Shown here piece by piece: positions 39,175 to 52,200 of a stretch of 64,000 nt of DNA. The notes beneath the pieces were generated by a model. That model ran no database searches, had not been told where the DNA came from, and worked only from the letters and a program-made list of their open reading frames with translations. Source of the stretch: Cystobasidiomycetes sp. EMM_F5 (taxonomy: Eukaryota); contig JBPGPT010000034.1 of assembly GCA_051047955.1 (NCBI GenBank), forward strand, positions 62,001 through 126,000, in the 5' to 3' direction. The translations under genes were made by a program, and so were the position numbers. Each line of letters opens with the position of its first letter. The stretch's first letter is position 1.

Positions 39175-39468
39175 TCACATCTTGCTTTCGACGTCCTTGA
39201 GGCTCGTATCGATTTCGTCCAGACGCCTTGCGATTGCATCGAGAAGGCTGGAATCGCCGAGGATTTGCGTGTTTGCGCGAGTATATTGCTGAGCTATGGC
39301 CAGACTCGACTCTACGGTTTCACTAGAAGCGGGAATGAGTTCAGGACTGATGGAACCGACATCTTTGACCGGAGGATCCGGGAGCCAATGCAGGTCTGAC
39401 AGGATATCGTTGATGGACAATGAGGCTGACATCTTTGCGATGTTCTGAGATGGTGGAGCTGCGGCCAT
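39175..39468 (-). CDS. Hypothetical 97-aa protein with C-terminal coiled-coil pattern
   Basis: ATG-initiated ORF filling the gap between the ZIP gene and TAH18; heptad-like LLDAIARRLDEIDTSLKDVE. Confidence 0.5.
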   Translation of the reverse strand: MAAAPPSQNIAKMSASLSINDILSDLHWLPDPPVKDVGSISPELIPASSETVESSLAIAQQYTRANTQILGDSSLLDAIARRLDEIDTSLKDVESKM

Positions 39469-39582
39469 TGCTGTATACGTGCTCGGAATGATGTAGGCAG
39501 ATATTCAAAGATCATTCACAAGCAAAGCCATTCAATGCACCAAATGGCTTTTTAGATTCAGACCAACGCAGTCTCGCCGGAT

Positions 39583-41955
39583 ATGCTGAGCAGTGATGAC
39601 CAGGATGAGACTGACGATACTGCCCGACTTGCGGATGGTCGCCCAGACTTGGGTTCCGATGACGATGACCGGCAGCTGTTGATTCTGTATGCAAGTCAGA
39701 CTGGCAGCGCCCAGGATGTCGCCGAGTTCATTGGACGCGAGGCATGGCGGCGGCACTTTAGAGCTACCGTGCAAGATGTCCGGGACTTTGAAAAGGTAGG
39801 GCTGGTTTAATGCGACATCTTGATATCCTTAACACTTTCATTGCCAAATTATCCATCTATCGTATGAAAGACGCAACTCGCTGACGCCCCACTCACGGTC
39901 ATTGTAACATCAACTACCGGGCAAGGCGCATTCCCAACCTCCATGCTCAATTTATGGAACTTTCTCCTGCGTGGCGACTTGCCGTCCGAACTGCTCGAGC
40001 ATTTCAACTATGCCCTTTTTGGCTTGGGCGACTCGAGCTATCCCCGCTTCAACTGGCCAGTCAGAAAGTTGAAGAGGCGATTGGACTCCCTCGGCGCCAA
40101 CGAGATTATAGAAAAGGGAGAAGCAGACGACCAGCACTACCTAGGGTAAGACAAAGTTCTATTAGGGCGCCGATATATGTACTGAAGATGAGTGAAGAGT
40201 CGATGGCACACTCCTGCCCTGGCTTGATTCGCTGTGGTCAACACTTCTACAGCACTACCCATTACCGGCGGACCTAAAGGTCATACCAAGTACGAGAAGG
40301 CCGCCGCCTCGTATAGTGCTACGGAAAGTGCCCACGAATGGCCACAAAGAACCCAGACACGACATCGTGGCTGCGTGGCCGCGAGGTATGCGCTGTGCAA
40401 CTCTGCAATCAAGTCAGCGTGTCACCGCGCCAGACCATTTCCAAGATACGCGATTGATGACGTTCCAATTCGAAAAGGATGTCCAGTACGCTCGTTCACA
40501 TACGCAAAGCTGCAATTTCTGACCTCTGATATCATTAGGTATCTGCCTGGAGACATATTAGAATTACGCCCGGAAAACTTGTCGAACGATGTGAACAAAT
40601 TCCTGGAACTCATGCGGTGGGATACATGCGCTGATGTCATGTATATGCTGCGACCTCGCGATAATGGTGAGGACTACTGCACAAATGCCTCGATCCAGCC
40701 GAAGAGCTGAGACCATACGCTGTTTAGCATCACCGCTTCCCGCACATTGGCCCAAGTCGGCCTCTCCACGACAGCTTTTTACTTTGTATCTCGACATCTT
40801 TTCCGTACCACGTCGCTCTTTCTTTGAGTGGCTTTCGTACTTTACCATTTCCGACATGGAGACGGAGAAGCTTCGGGAATACTGTACGCCCGAAGGACAA
40901 GAAGACATGTACGACTATGCAAATCGTCCGAGAAGGACAATCTATGAAGTCCTGACGGAATTCAAGTCGGCTAAGATTCCTCTCGATTACATTACCGATA
41001 TATTTCCCGAAATCAGACCCCGCCAATTCTCTATAGCTTCATCGGCCAAGGTGAGACACAACTACCTTATTGATAGCCTCACGAACTCATTATGCCTTGA
41101 CAGACATCACGACGCAATGTCGACATTCTTTGCGCAATCGTAAGCTACAAGACGAAATTGAAGATACCCCGACGGGGTGTGGCTACGGCATGGCTTTCTA
41201 CCTTGCAACCAGGTAGATTGGCATATCAACAACGATATCATGTGCAACGAGCTTATTGAAAGCTACGTGCAGGTCACAAGGTTGCAGTTGACATCGTGAC
41301 CGGCAGCATGCGACTGCCTGAAGATCCTTCTGTCCCCATCGTGCTCATTGGTCCTGGGACAGGTATTGCACCGTTTCGCTCTTTCATACAGGAGCGCGTG
41401 GCAAATGAAACGAGGACTGGTAAGATTGCTCACGCATAATCTCGGTCAGCACCCTCACACTGATGTCAAGCAGAGAATCTGGTCTTCTTTGGCTGTCGCT
41501 CGGCTGAAAAGGACTTTTATTTCAAGCAAGAATGGCAGGATTTGGAAGTGCAAGGCAAAGTGAAGTTAGTGCTTGCGGCCTCTCGTGATGGGGTAGGTGG
41601 CGTGCTTGTATGTTGTGCCTTTTTAATTCGAGCTGAAACGCTGGCTGTCTAAACAGGACGACAAAATATATGTGCAGCACCGCATCCAAGAAGCAGGAGA
41701 GTTGGTATGGGGCTTGTTGGATCAAGGAGCGTATGTCTATATCTCTGGGTAAGGTTCTCGACAGTATACGGTACCTGGCAAGCATCTGTCTAATTCATGA
41801 CTGTTGGCAGATCTGCCAATCAGATGCCCAAAGCTGTACAAAAGGCTCTCAAGACGGTTATTAGCAAGTTTGGAGGCATGGACGAAGCGGGAGCTGATGC
41901 CTACTTTGCGCAAATGGAAAGTCAAGGACGATATCAAGAGGAGACTTGGAGTTAA
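39583..41955 (+). CDS. TAH18: NADPH-dependent diflavin oxidoreductase 1 (Tah18/NDOR1)
   Basis: [54 protein letters not shown], and terminal YQEETWS*. Confidence 0.93.
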
Positions 41956-42118
41956 GGGTCTGTTTTGCAGGTCAAATAGTACTAGGTCATGAAACAAATG
42001 CATAGCAGGGCAGGATGATGCCCTTTACCTTGAAGCGATTAGTTGGAGATCCGGGCATCGTGGCCATTTTTATTGACCTCATGGTGCCTCGCGCTCCAGA
42101 ACGTCTGAACATTGTCAA

Positions 42119-43174
42119 TCAGGGAGCGATCCGTCGTCGCGCGAGGGTGTCTTGCCGACTGCGTAGAATCTGGTTGTACGACCATGGATTAACGATGCGC
42201 AGCATATCGTGTAGCGGATCGTGCCGCGCTGGAACGGCATTGGCGCATGTCTCGCACAAATCGAAGTCGTAGCATCTGTGAAGAGCTGATGAGATCTACT
42301 GCGTATTGTAGAAGAGAGTGGCAAAAGCCTACACTGTGCATTTGAACCTCGTGCTGAGGAAATTTCGAGCGCTACACCCATCGCAGGTTATTCCTGTGTG
42401 CGGGCTCGTGTACGGCACATGAGCTGCATCCGTTCCTTCAAAGTAGTCTGCGGAAGACCGAATGAGAACAAAAGAGTGCCTTGCATCGTGGCTATGGCCA
42501 GGCCAACACATCGAACAAATGTCAAAGTCGTTGCATATCAAGCCTGCAATGTCGATGTGAGGATGATTCGGAGTGAGCCGGCTTAAACCAAACTTACATT
42601 TGTACCGCGGGCCATTGATATTCAAGTCGCAAATATCGCAGATTTGGCCGGTATGATCCTCTGCCTCCGGCTCTACTGTCGCTGCTTGAAGCTGTTCCCG
42701 TGCTTCCTCCAGTTCTCGATCGCTCAGGGTAGTCTGCTGCGGCTCGACATCTGGGCATACTTGCATGTTACTGTTGCTAGCCATCGCTATGTCCGTATTG
42801 GGTACTGGAGCGTTGCCACGCGTTTGCAGACAATCTGTCAGTAGATGGCTGTCCCATTCGCTTCGCTTGCCGACCCAGCCGCACCCCAGCGAGCATAGTA
42901 CACACGAATCTCGAATGAGATCGTGGACGAGTTTAGGACAATTGCGGGGTTGCGGCATAGGTCGCCTATCCATGGGACACGTCGGTTGATAGTGCGAATC
43001 ACGAATCCACTGGTTGGAACACTTGCGGCAGAAGACATGGTCTCCGGTTGTGCAGCATACTGGATCTCGTAGTCCTTCGTAGCAGATGGGGCAGATGAGA
43101 ATGGGATTCAAATCAATGTAGTGGATCGTGGATGTTTCGATGAAGCGCTGGATGGCTGCAACATCGAGCGGCAT
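42119..43174 (-). CDS. RING finger + TRAF-type Zn finger + two ZZ zinc fingers, putative E3 ligase
   Basis: RING CPIC...C...HVFCRKC...CPMDR; CSLGCGW...HLLTDC; ZZ1 CDIC...RYKC|LICNDFDICSMC; ZZ2 HTGITCDGC...RFKCTV|CYDFDLCETC. Confidence 0.85.
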
Positions 43175-43953
43175 TTTGCGAGGGATGAAGCAGAAGCAAG
43201 CCGGCAAAGGCTAGCAAGAATCAGTCTATCGTGGGTCAGCAGTTGTCAGTTGACCGTCGAACGGCGGTCTTTGCTTGAAATTCTGATCTCGAGCTTTTGG
43301 CCATTAAGCTGGTGCGCAAACATCAGTATTCCGAGTGCACCGTGTACGCATATGTAGGATCAAAGCAGAAGTAAATTATCATAAGGTAAAGCAAATGGCT
43401 GACTTCAAACAAAACAATCGTCCGGAACCTGATGACCGGTTGACTCTGCGACAACCAGCCGGACCCTGAACAATGAAGTGATGATAGTCTGATTGCTTGC
43501 TTGCTTATCGTGTGAGTTGTGCAGGACGGCAGCCCGTGTACCCCCGTTGGGTCGTATTGGACTACGCCCGCCCTTCGAGAACAGGACCCCCAAATCCACA
43601 CGATGACACCCATTCGATAGAGATCAAACAAAAGACATGCAAGGCTTGCGGATACCCCCGTGTGACAGCGGTGGATGCCGATATGAACTCTTAAAACGTC
43701 TGATGCCGTAGCCCGCCCTCCCGCTCAGCTCATACCAACGATGTCGAGGGCTGGTGCTGACCCTGTTTTCTGCATCCCGCCAGATTGTGACTGTACAAGG
43801 CTGTTCGCAGTATATTTGTAGCGCTCTCGGCATCTCTTGGTCTTGTTCTCTGGTCGCGCTATTGTCTGGAGGGGCCAAGCAACCACTTCCGGCAAACGTT
43901 GAACAACTTGACGTAAACAGATCAACTATATACAGCACTTTCACTCGATAGCA

Positions 43954-45853
43954 ATGCAGCAAATGGACGCTTACCCTACTTCCAGTTCCTCCTTTGCCCC
44001 GCCCTCGCACGATGAGGAACGCAAAGCGATCCGAGACATGCTCAGTGCCGTATCTCGAGCGAGGCAGACTGGGCGCAATGACGAAGGCGTAGACATGGCA
44101 GTCGACGATGATGATGGGCAAACAGTGGGAGTCATCGGAGGCGATGACAAGGAGAACACGACAAAATCATCGAGAATGCAATCTCGCAGTTCTAGCTCTT
44201 CCTCCCTCAAATCGTCCAACCATCAAGATCACAGATATACCTCGTCCACCTCACCGCGTACAGCACGAAGGCGCTCTTCAGCTGCTCATCCTCTTACTCC
44301 ACGTTCCGCATCTACCGCAGTCCGCCGATCTCGACCCAGCAGCGTTGTATTGGAACCCAATTCTGTCGCTCCATTCTCGCACACTCCCTCAAAGCCTTTA
44401 TCTGGTTCGCAATCACCCGTCAGCCATCACGCCTTCCGTGAATCTGCGTCATCCACAGTCGACTCCTCCTACGATCCAGCGTCTGGATCTGGTACCACAA
44501 CCCCAGCTACAGAGGATGCATCGAACCTGGTCGTGTCCACGAAAGACGGTCCCTCTGTCTCATTGATCAACGGACACGTTCTGCAAGAGGAAATATCTCA
44601 AGCGTCACAGCCACTGCATGAAACCTTTAGTCATATACCACGTAAGCCAGAAATGAGCCAGCTCCAACAATCTAGCCAAAGCGGGTCGCCGAAGCGTGAC
44701 TCTGGCTCTGATGGAACGGAGACCGGCTTGTCTTCCTCCTTCGCACGACCGCGCACGAATACTGGTGATTCGGACCAGTCTAGCTCAACTCAGAAGACTG
44801 CACGGGCTTCGGATACCCCACTCTCGCTGTCGCACGATCGGATCAACGAGATATACGTGGACGACTTCGACACACATCGTGCGGAATCACCGCTTCGGCA
44901 TCCATGGGAAGCGGTCATTCGCATCAAGGACTACGCATTCGGTACCAGTGACCCAAGATTTATTGGACAACCAGCGGAAGTCGAGGCTATCAATATTCCG
45001 CCTCCGATAGCGAGCGGGAGCACCAAACCCTGGTACCATTCTGCAATGAATATGGACGGCGACAGCCTGTTGGGCGAACCGCAAGATCGATTATCCTCTT
45101 CCCTTCTAAGCATATCGAGCTCTTCCTCCCTCTCTTCCGACTTCACACCCCCGCCGTTTGGCGCCTTCGGCTTTGGACACGCGTACCATAATCCTCAACA
45201 CGATCGCGTGCATGGCGGGGTTGCCAAAGTGCTACGAGAGAGCAATTTGCAACAAGCACTAAGCGATACGAATGAAACGGATCAGTCTGCAAGCAGTAGT
45301 CTTCATGGCGGCTGGACGCGTCGCGCGAGTAACAGTGATAGTAGTAACAGTCAATCTTCGCTCGATGAAAGCTCATCAGAGAATCGTGAACATGGTCAAG
45401 ACACATGGGTTCAGCGCCCGGACCGCTCGGATGGGCAAGGTGGCTCTGCGGTAGCCTCTACGTCATCAGCCTTGACTTCGGATCTGCAGTCCATGTCGTT
45501 ACAGACGAGCGCAGGCGAGGCACACTATGATGATCCGCATCGCGACGGCTCAATGAATCAATCAGAGTCTTATGGCTCGGATGGAAAATTGTTTCGTGCG
45601 GTCTACACTTTTGCATCAGAGGCCCCGCACGAAATGAGTATTACAGTAGACGGTACGCTATTATTGCAGGACGTAGCGAGTGCAACGGTATGCTAATGCC
45701 ATCTCCCTAGATTTCGTTCGGGTCTGGGCATCCGCCGGTGATGGCTGGGTCGTCGCGAGCAGGCGAACATTGGACGATCAAGCCAAGGAGACTGAAGTGG
45801 GCAAAGGATTAATCCCATTGTCTTATCTCGTCGAAGTCGTCGGATCATCGTAA
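43954..45853 (+). CDS. NBP2: Ser-rich protein with Nbp2-like motif and C-terminal SH3 domain
   Basis: VIRIKDYAF..SDPRF resembles the Nbp2 N-terminal motif; SH3 FRAVYTFASEAPHEM...GDGWVVA...GLIPLSYL is split by an intron. Confidence 0.6.
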
Positions 45854-46236
45854 AATTCGCTATCGATATGTGGGATTAGTGGAGCGTATTGAGTTTGGTA
45901 TGGGCGCTCTGTGAGTAGCTCCGACAGAATTGCTGTTGAATTTCCCGCATGATTTGCGCAGTCGGAGCGCGTTGTGACTGTGTGACAGCAGTTCGGCATC
46001 TCGATTGATTCGTATCATAATTGCAAATTGACCGATTTAGAATAGCTACTTCTTGGATAATCCGCAAGCATTGTGCTCGTTTGTCTGCCAAGCCTGCTCT
46101 GTCGTTCTGCTGCAGACCTGTCCATATTCCATCATCAAGACTTGGCCTGATATCCCGAAATCAATTCTGCTGCTGTTTTCGCGAAAGAATCAAGATGCGA
46201 CCTTGACTTTCGATATCAATACAGCCCTCTGCCAGC

Positions 46237-49200
46237 ATGCAGAGCAACGAGAGTCCGTCTCGAAGCAGCTCATCGGTCGCCGACCTGAGCGAACCGGATT
46301 CTGATGCAATGGGGACATCCATCTTTGACGAACTCTCTCTCATCGCCTACCTGGAGTCTCTAGACAACCACCCATCCTGTCTCATCGACCCATGCCAGGC
46401 GCTTTCTTTCTCGTCGCGGGCAGCGGCGGCCGCTCATATTGCCGCACAAAGACCGCCATTAAGGCCGTACACATCGAGCATGATGCGCCGTCTCATGCGC
46501 CGAGTGGATTGGCTCGTCGAGAGTATTACACCCCAGTCTGCCGAGGCAATGCATCTGTGGAATGCAGACGTCGACAGAGGTTGTGCCGCTGCACAGATTA
46601 CTATCGACTTTCTCGTCCGCAACACGTCGGGAAGGCCCGACGAAGGTTTGCATATCCAGCTAGTCTCTGTCACCTTCATGAATAACCTGATCGATACGTC
46701 GAAACTCCCAAGCAAATTGCGCCAGATCTACCCGCGAGGTCTCTATGTAATGCTTGGGACAATAAACAGCAAGAATGTACGCATTCCTCCGCTAAGAAAG
46801 AGTCCCTCGCATGACGACAGACTCGCGGCACTGCCAGTGCCTGTCAAAGCAGCTACGCCAGAATCAGGCGATAGGACGCCGCAAGCTGAGGCAGCGCTCG
46901 TAGACCATGCAGACGAAGTCGAAGTCGAAAGCGATGACGCTGTGCTGGTCCAGACAGGCACGCAGTCTGTCGTTGAAGCCCCCACCTTCGTTACACCATT
47001 GCACTGGTCAAGCGTAGAGACATCCCCAGCTGACCTCGACAGTGAGATGGGACGGATGTTGCTGGCTTATCCTTGGCAGAATACTTCGCTCGGACCGATT
47101 CAATCCTGGTCTGGTACTGTTCGTTCATACGGTAGGTAGTCAAAGTAATGTCTCGAATCCACATCATCACAAACTCATAGCCTCGCATCTCCACTTGCTC
47201 TGCAAATATAGTCTTGTATTGCATGGCATCGCCTGCAGCAAGTCATCTGGCACTTGGAGATGACTTGATTCTGATATATAACGACAAATATCGCGATCTT
47301 CTTGGAAGTCGCCATCCAGATGCGTTCGGCAAGCCGATGTCCGTAGCGTGGGCAGATGTTTGGGAGTTGCAGATCAAGCCAAGTGAGTTGCTACTGAAGG
47401 CTGTCAAGACTGTCTAACACGTATGCTAGTGTACGACAAAGTATACAAGGACAGGGTGTCACTACAAAAGACGGATCATCTCGGTACTGTAACCCATTTA
47501 CGTGGGACGAGACGTTTTCTAATGTTCTACTTCTCTGACAGTATGGATGCAACGTCTAGACAGGTGAGTTCAACACGTTTTGTGCGATCCTGCCGAGCTA
47601 AGGTCGACCGCAGATGGCGTGAAATTTCGGACAGCGATAGCGATGTAGCTTCTCCTATGTCTGACGGATCCTTGGAAGAGACCTACCACAGCTTCTCATA
47701 CACTCCTCTCTTCGCGGAAATCGATGGACCGATCATTGGATTGCTCGCGGTTGATGCGGAAACAACGGATACCGTTATTGCTCAACGATACTTGCACTCA
47801 GCTCGCGAAGTTGGACTTGCTATCGCCCCGGCAATGCTTCCGAAGCAGCTTTACAGGTTCATCTGTGACGGTTTCGATAGAAATCCGATAGATGTGCCTT
47901 GGAGTCTAGTTTATAGCGTGTCCAAACATATCAGCTCTTCGATTGATAGCCTCGACCCAAGTGGTAGCGTAAACGATGGCGCTACCTTGCGCGGAGGAAA
48001 AAAGGCTACTACAGCCTCATACCATACAACTACTGCATCCTCGGACTCACCTAGTACGATTGAGGGCACGCTGCTTCTTCGTCTTCAAGCGGCAAGCGGA
48101 CTTAAGGCAAACTACACTCAAAACTACGCCCAATTTCTCATTAACATGAGCGATAATTCAGACAGGTCGGATGCCGATTTCCCTTTTCCGTTACATAGGG
48201 CTGTTCTCGAGAAGGATCCGACGCACGTTTACATCGGCCCCCACATAATGGATCATTTCGAGCCGCGTAGCTGGGATTCTGCCACACATCAAGTGCGCCA
48301 GTGACAGCAACGTTTTTGAATCAGCAAATAGATGGCTGATGCGATTTGTGATTTCCACCAGGCTGTCATTTGTCCCATTCGCTCTACGTGGCAGGGGGCG
48401 CCAGAGATGGTTATCGTGCTCGGTCTATCGTCGCGGCGACCGTACTCCAAGACGTACCGCCGATGGCTTGAGGCCTTTTGCAGGCAATTTACAAGTAGTC
48501 TGCGGACTGTCAAAACATTCGCAAAGGAGCAACGCCATCTAGCCAACCTGAAAAAGCTAGATCAAGCCAAGACTGCGTTCTTTACCGGCGTGAGTCATGA
48601 GTTGCGAAGTCCGTTAACTCTAATAGCTGGGCCTGCGAGCGACGCGATGTCCGTAAGTAGTGCTTTGTCCGGCAGCGAGCTTTTTCTCGATTAACACATG
48701 CACAGGACGAGACCTTGCTTCCGCACGATAAGGAGCGTTGGCTTCTCGTTAATCGAGCAGCATCGAGGCTACTTCGGCTAGTAAACTCACTGCTTGACTT
48801 CGCTAGTGTCGAAGCCGGGCGAACCTCCCTTCTTTTCCAGCCTGTGAGACTGTGCTCATTTGTTGCAGATCTTGCTTCCTTATGTTAGTATGCTTCTTCA
48901 GCAGCTAAAGAGGTAAATGCTGACTTCAAGAATAATACTCTTGATCACAATACAACAGTTCGGTCTGCAATAGAAAAATCCGGCTTGACATACACAGTCA
49001 CGTGTCAAGGTGATGCAATAGCCTACACAGACGTGCAGGCATACGAGAAGATCGTATACAATTTAATATCAGTGCGTTGCTTTATGTAGGAGCTCGCAAG
49101 TGTCCCACATACTGACTCTGCTGCTAGAACGCGCTGAAATATACTCGAGAAGGAGGTATATCTGTCAATCTATTTGAAACTGAGCATTCCTTCGTGCTAG

Positions 49201-52200
49201 AAGTCAGTTTTTGTGCAGGTTTGCATTGCGGTTTGCTAACATTTTCACCCAGGTCACCGACACAGGTATCGGTATTCCAGGCAAGTAGAACTATGCACAG
49301 TTCCTGCTTTGCGCTTGGTATGCTTATTGTACTGCTACAGCTGACGAATTACCCAAGATTTTCCACCGCTTCCATCGAGTGCGAGCGGAAAACAGCCAAG
49401 CCAGATCAATCGAGGGCACCGGTATCGGCTTAGCGTATGCGATGATATCTTTGTCCTCGCTATGCACTGATTAAGCGTTTTCGCAGCATGACTAGCGAAC
49501 TAGCCCGCCTAATCAAAGGCGACTTGTCGGTCGAGTCTACCTTGCCTGATGGGAATCAGACTGGCGGAACGAGATTTCGCTTGGCGATTGCGAAGGGTCA
49601 TTCTCATCTAGCCAGTGCACTTCTGCGAATCGAAGACGAACCAATCACTTCGGACACCCTGGACATCACGTTTACCAAAAAGGCTGTCATCAATGAATAC
49701 ACGGATCCTTTCGAAGGTGGAACTACTAGGGGTACGGCTGATGACGGTACTGGGTCGGTACGCTCGTCGGCAGATCAGACGGACCTGGTGACCGGGAAGG
49801 AGGCTGTAAGTATCCGAAACGACCGACAATACGATTGCCGCATTCTGAATGTTGAATGCTCATAAAGGTCGTCTTGGTAGCTGATGATAATGCGGATGTG
49901 CGGAGTTACGTTACATCTATCCTATCCGTCGCCTGCCGTTCTGTCAGTCATACTAAATACGTATATTGCCACTTCAGACTGACTAGCCGTATTTTAATAG
50001 GTCATCGCTGTGGCGGATGGCGACGCTGCGCTGGCCATTCTCAAAAGTAATGCGCGTATAGATTTGGTTGTCTCCGATGTGATGATGCCTCGAATGGACG
50101 GCTTTACCTTGCTGTCGCACATCCGGAAAGATACCCGATTGCAAAGACTTCCGGTGATTCTCCTGTCGGCACGAGCTGGCTCTGAGGCAACTGCGGAAGG
50201 CATAGAGTCTGGCGCTACAGATTACCTGCCGAAGCCCTTTTCCTCTAAGGAATTGACTGCAAGGGTGCGCAATGCACTTTCCGCCGCCAAAACTTCATCA
50301 CGATTAGAGGCATTGGTCAATGAGCGCACCGCCGAATTGGCTGCTTCCCACAAAAGAGCTGAACAATTGCTGCGGATTCTGCCGGCAGGCGTTGCCGAGA
50401 TGAACGACGGTGGAATCGTCAATTGGGCGAACATTACATTTTGCCGTATGTCAGATTGGTGCGTACGAAGCAAACGCAGATAGGACACTGCTGATTCGCA
50501 AGTCGAGTAGGTCGGAAGAGCGTTTACCATTTCACATCCATGACTGGCTGGCAAAGGTTGCGGAAGACGGTGCGGATAGTAAAACTATCTTGACTCAGCA
50601 CTAAGTATACCATTGTGCATAGATCGACCCCATCTGTCCGAAGTGTTCGACCAACTCATCTCCTTCAATCACGACGAGTCAGTGGAACCGATAAATTTGG
50701 ATTGGAGATGGGAGCGAAAGATCGATGGACAGTCGATATGTAGGTTTACGCGAACTTGCACAGGCCTGTCACTCGATTACTAAGGACTGTGATTACAGGG
50801 TGCTTTTGTCAGGCCTATCCGCAAGCGAATGCAGGCTTTGTGATTGCTCTGACAGTGCGCTCCTGTCGCACAGCGAGATTTGTACCAAACTGATACCATG
50901 TTCTACTCTAAGGATATAACGACATCAAAGCGATTAGCTGAACAATCAATAGCCCACGAAAAACAACGTGCGGATGATGCACAACACCTTGCACGGTCTC
51001 AAGAGTCATTCTTGGACGTTGTTAGCGTAAGGTTTCGTAATCATATATTGTTGATAGAACAGCTAATCCTCGTTGGGCGTAGCACGAACTACGAAATCCG
51101 CTTTCGGCCATACTGAATTGTGCCGATCTCTGCAATTCGAATCATGAAAACATTGCAGCAGCTATGCAGGTGCTATCGGACCAAAGTGACTCTGACGAAC
51201 AGCGCTCTCTTCTGGAAGACGCGCGTGTCGAGGTAGGAGCAATACGTAGGATGACGTCGTAGTCCTGAGCTCACTAGGTCTCGGCTTCGCAGCTTGATGA
51301 AGCGTCCGAAAGCGTACAAGGGATCATTGCAAGTGCACGCCACCAGAGTCTTATTGCTGTTAGTAACAAACATACTCCAGCTTGAAAACCAGGATCTGAT
51401 AACCGCCGATGTCCTTGCAGGGTGACATTCTGAGCGTCAGCCGATTCAATAGAGGCTTGTTGACGGTCACACCGGTCGATATATCTTGTAAACAGATTCT
51501 CTACTTGGCTGCGACGTCCGCTGACTGATATCATTGTGACAGTGCCCAGCGAGTTACAGACAATAGTCTCTATGTTCGAAATTCAGACGCGTAACAACGA
51601 CATTGCTCTACAGCTGAACCTACCTCAGGGCTTGCGTGGTGATTTTTCAGTAAAAGCGGATCCCACTCGGCTCGCTCAAGTACTCATCAATCTTATCAGT
51701 AATTCCTGTCGCATTCTCGAAAGTCACGAGGGCGAGCGGCGGTGTTCTGTCGATGTTCGTGGTCTTCGTGTTGAACCATCGCTATCTCTATATCATCGCG
51801 GCACGGACCTTGCGCTCGACGCGACGGACTTCCTCTCTGCTTCCGATCTTCACAATCTAGCCGTAGGATCAAAACTGTATTTGCTCTTCATGGTCAGAGA
51901 TACTGGTTGGTGAAATTTCCGAAAACCAAGAAAACTTTATGCCATGCTCATTTCGCTGAATCGCAGGCCCCGGCATCTCCCCTGCCACACAAGCACAGCT
52001 CTTTACGAAGTTTAACAGTAGCATGTCGACGGATTCTACGCGAAGCGCTGTGGGAGGCGGCGCCGGCCTTGGCCTGTTTCTCGCTAAAAAGTAAGGGACG
52101 CGAGCACATGTCAGGGTATCAATGCTGAATCTATCGCTTAGACTTGCCCAATTGATGGGTGGCGATATCATCGTCGTGTCCTCGCCGGGATGCGGGGCCG

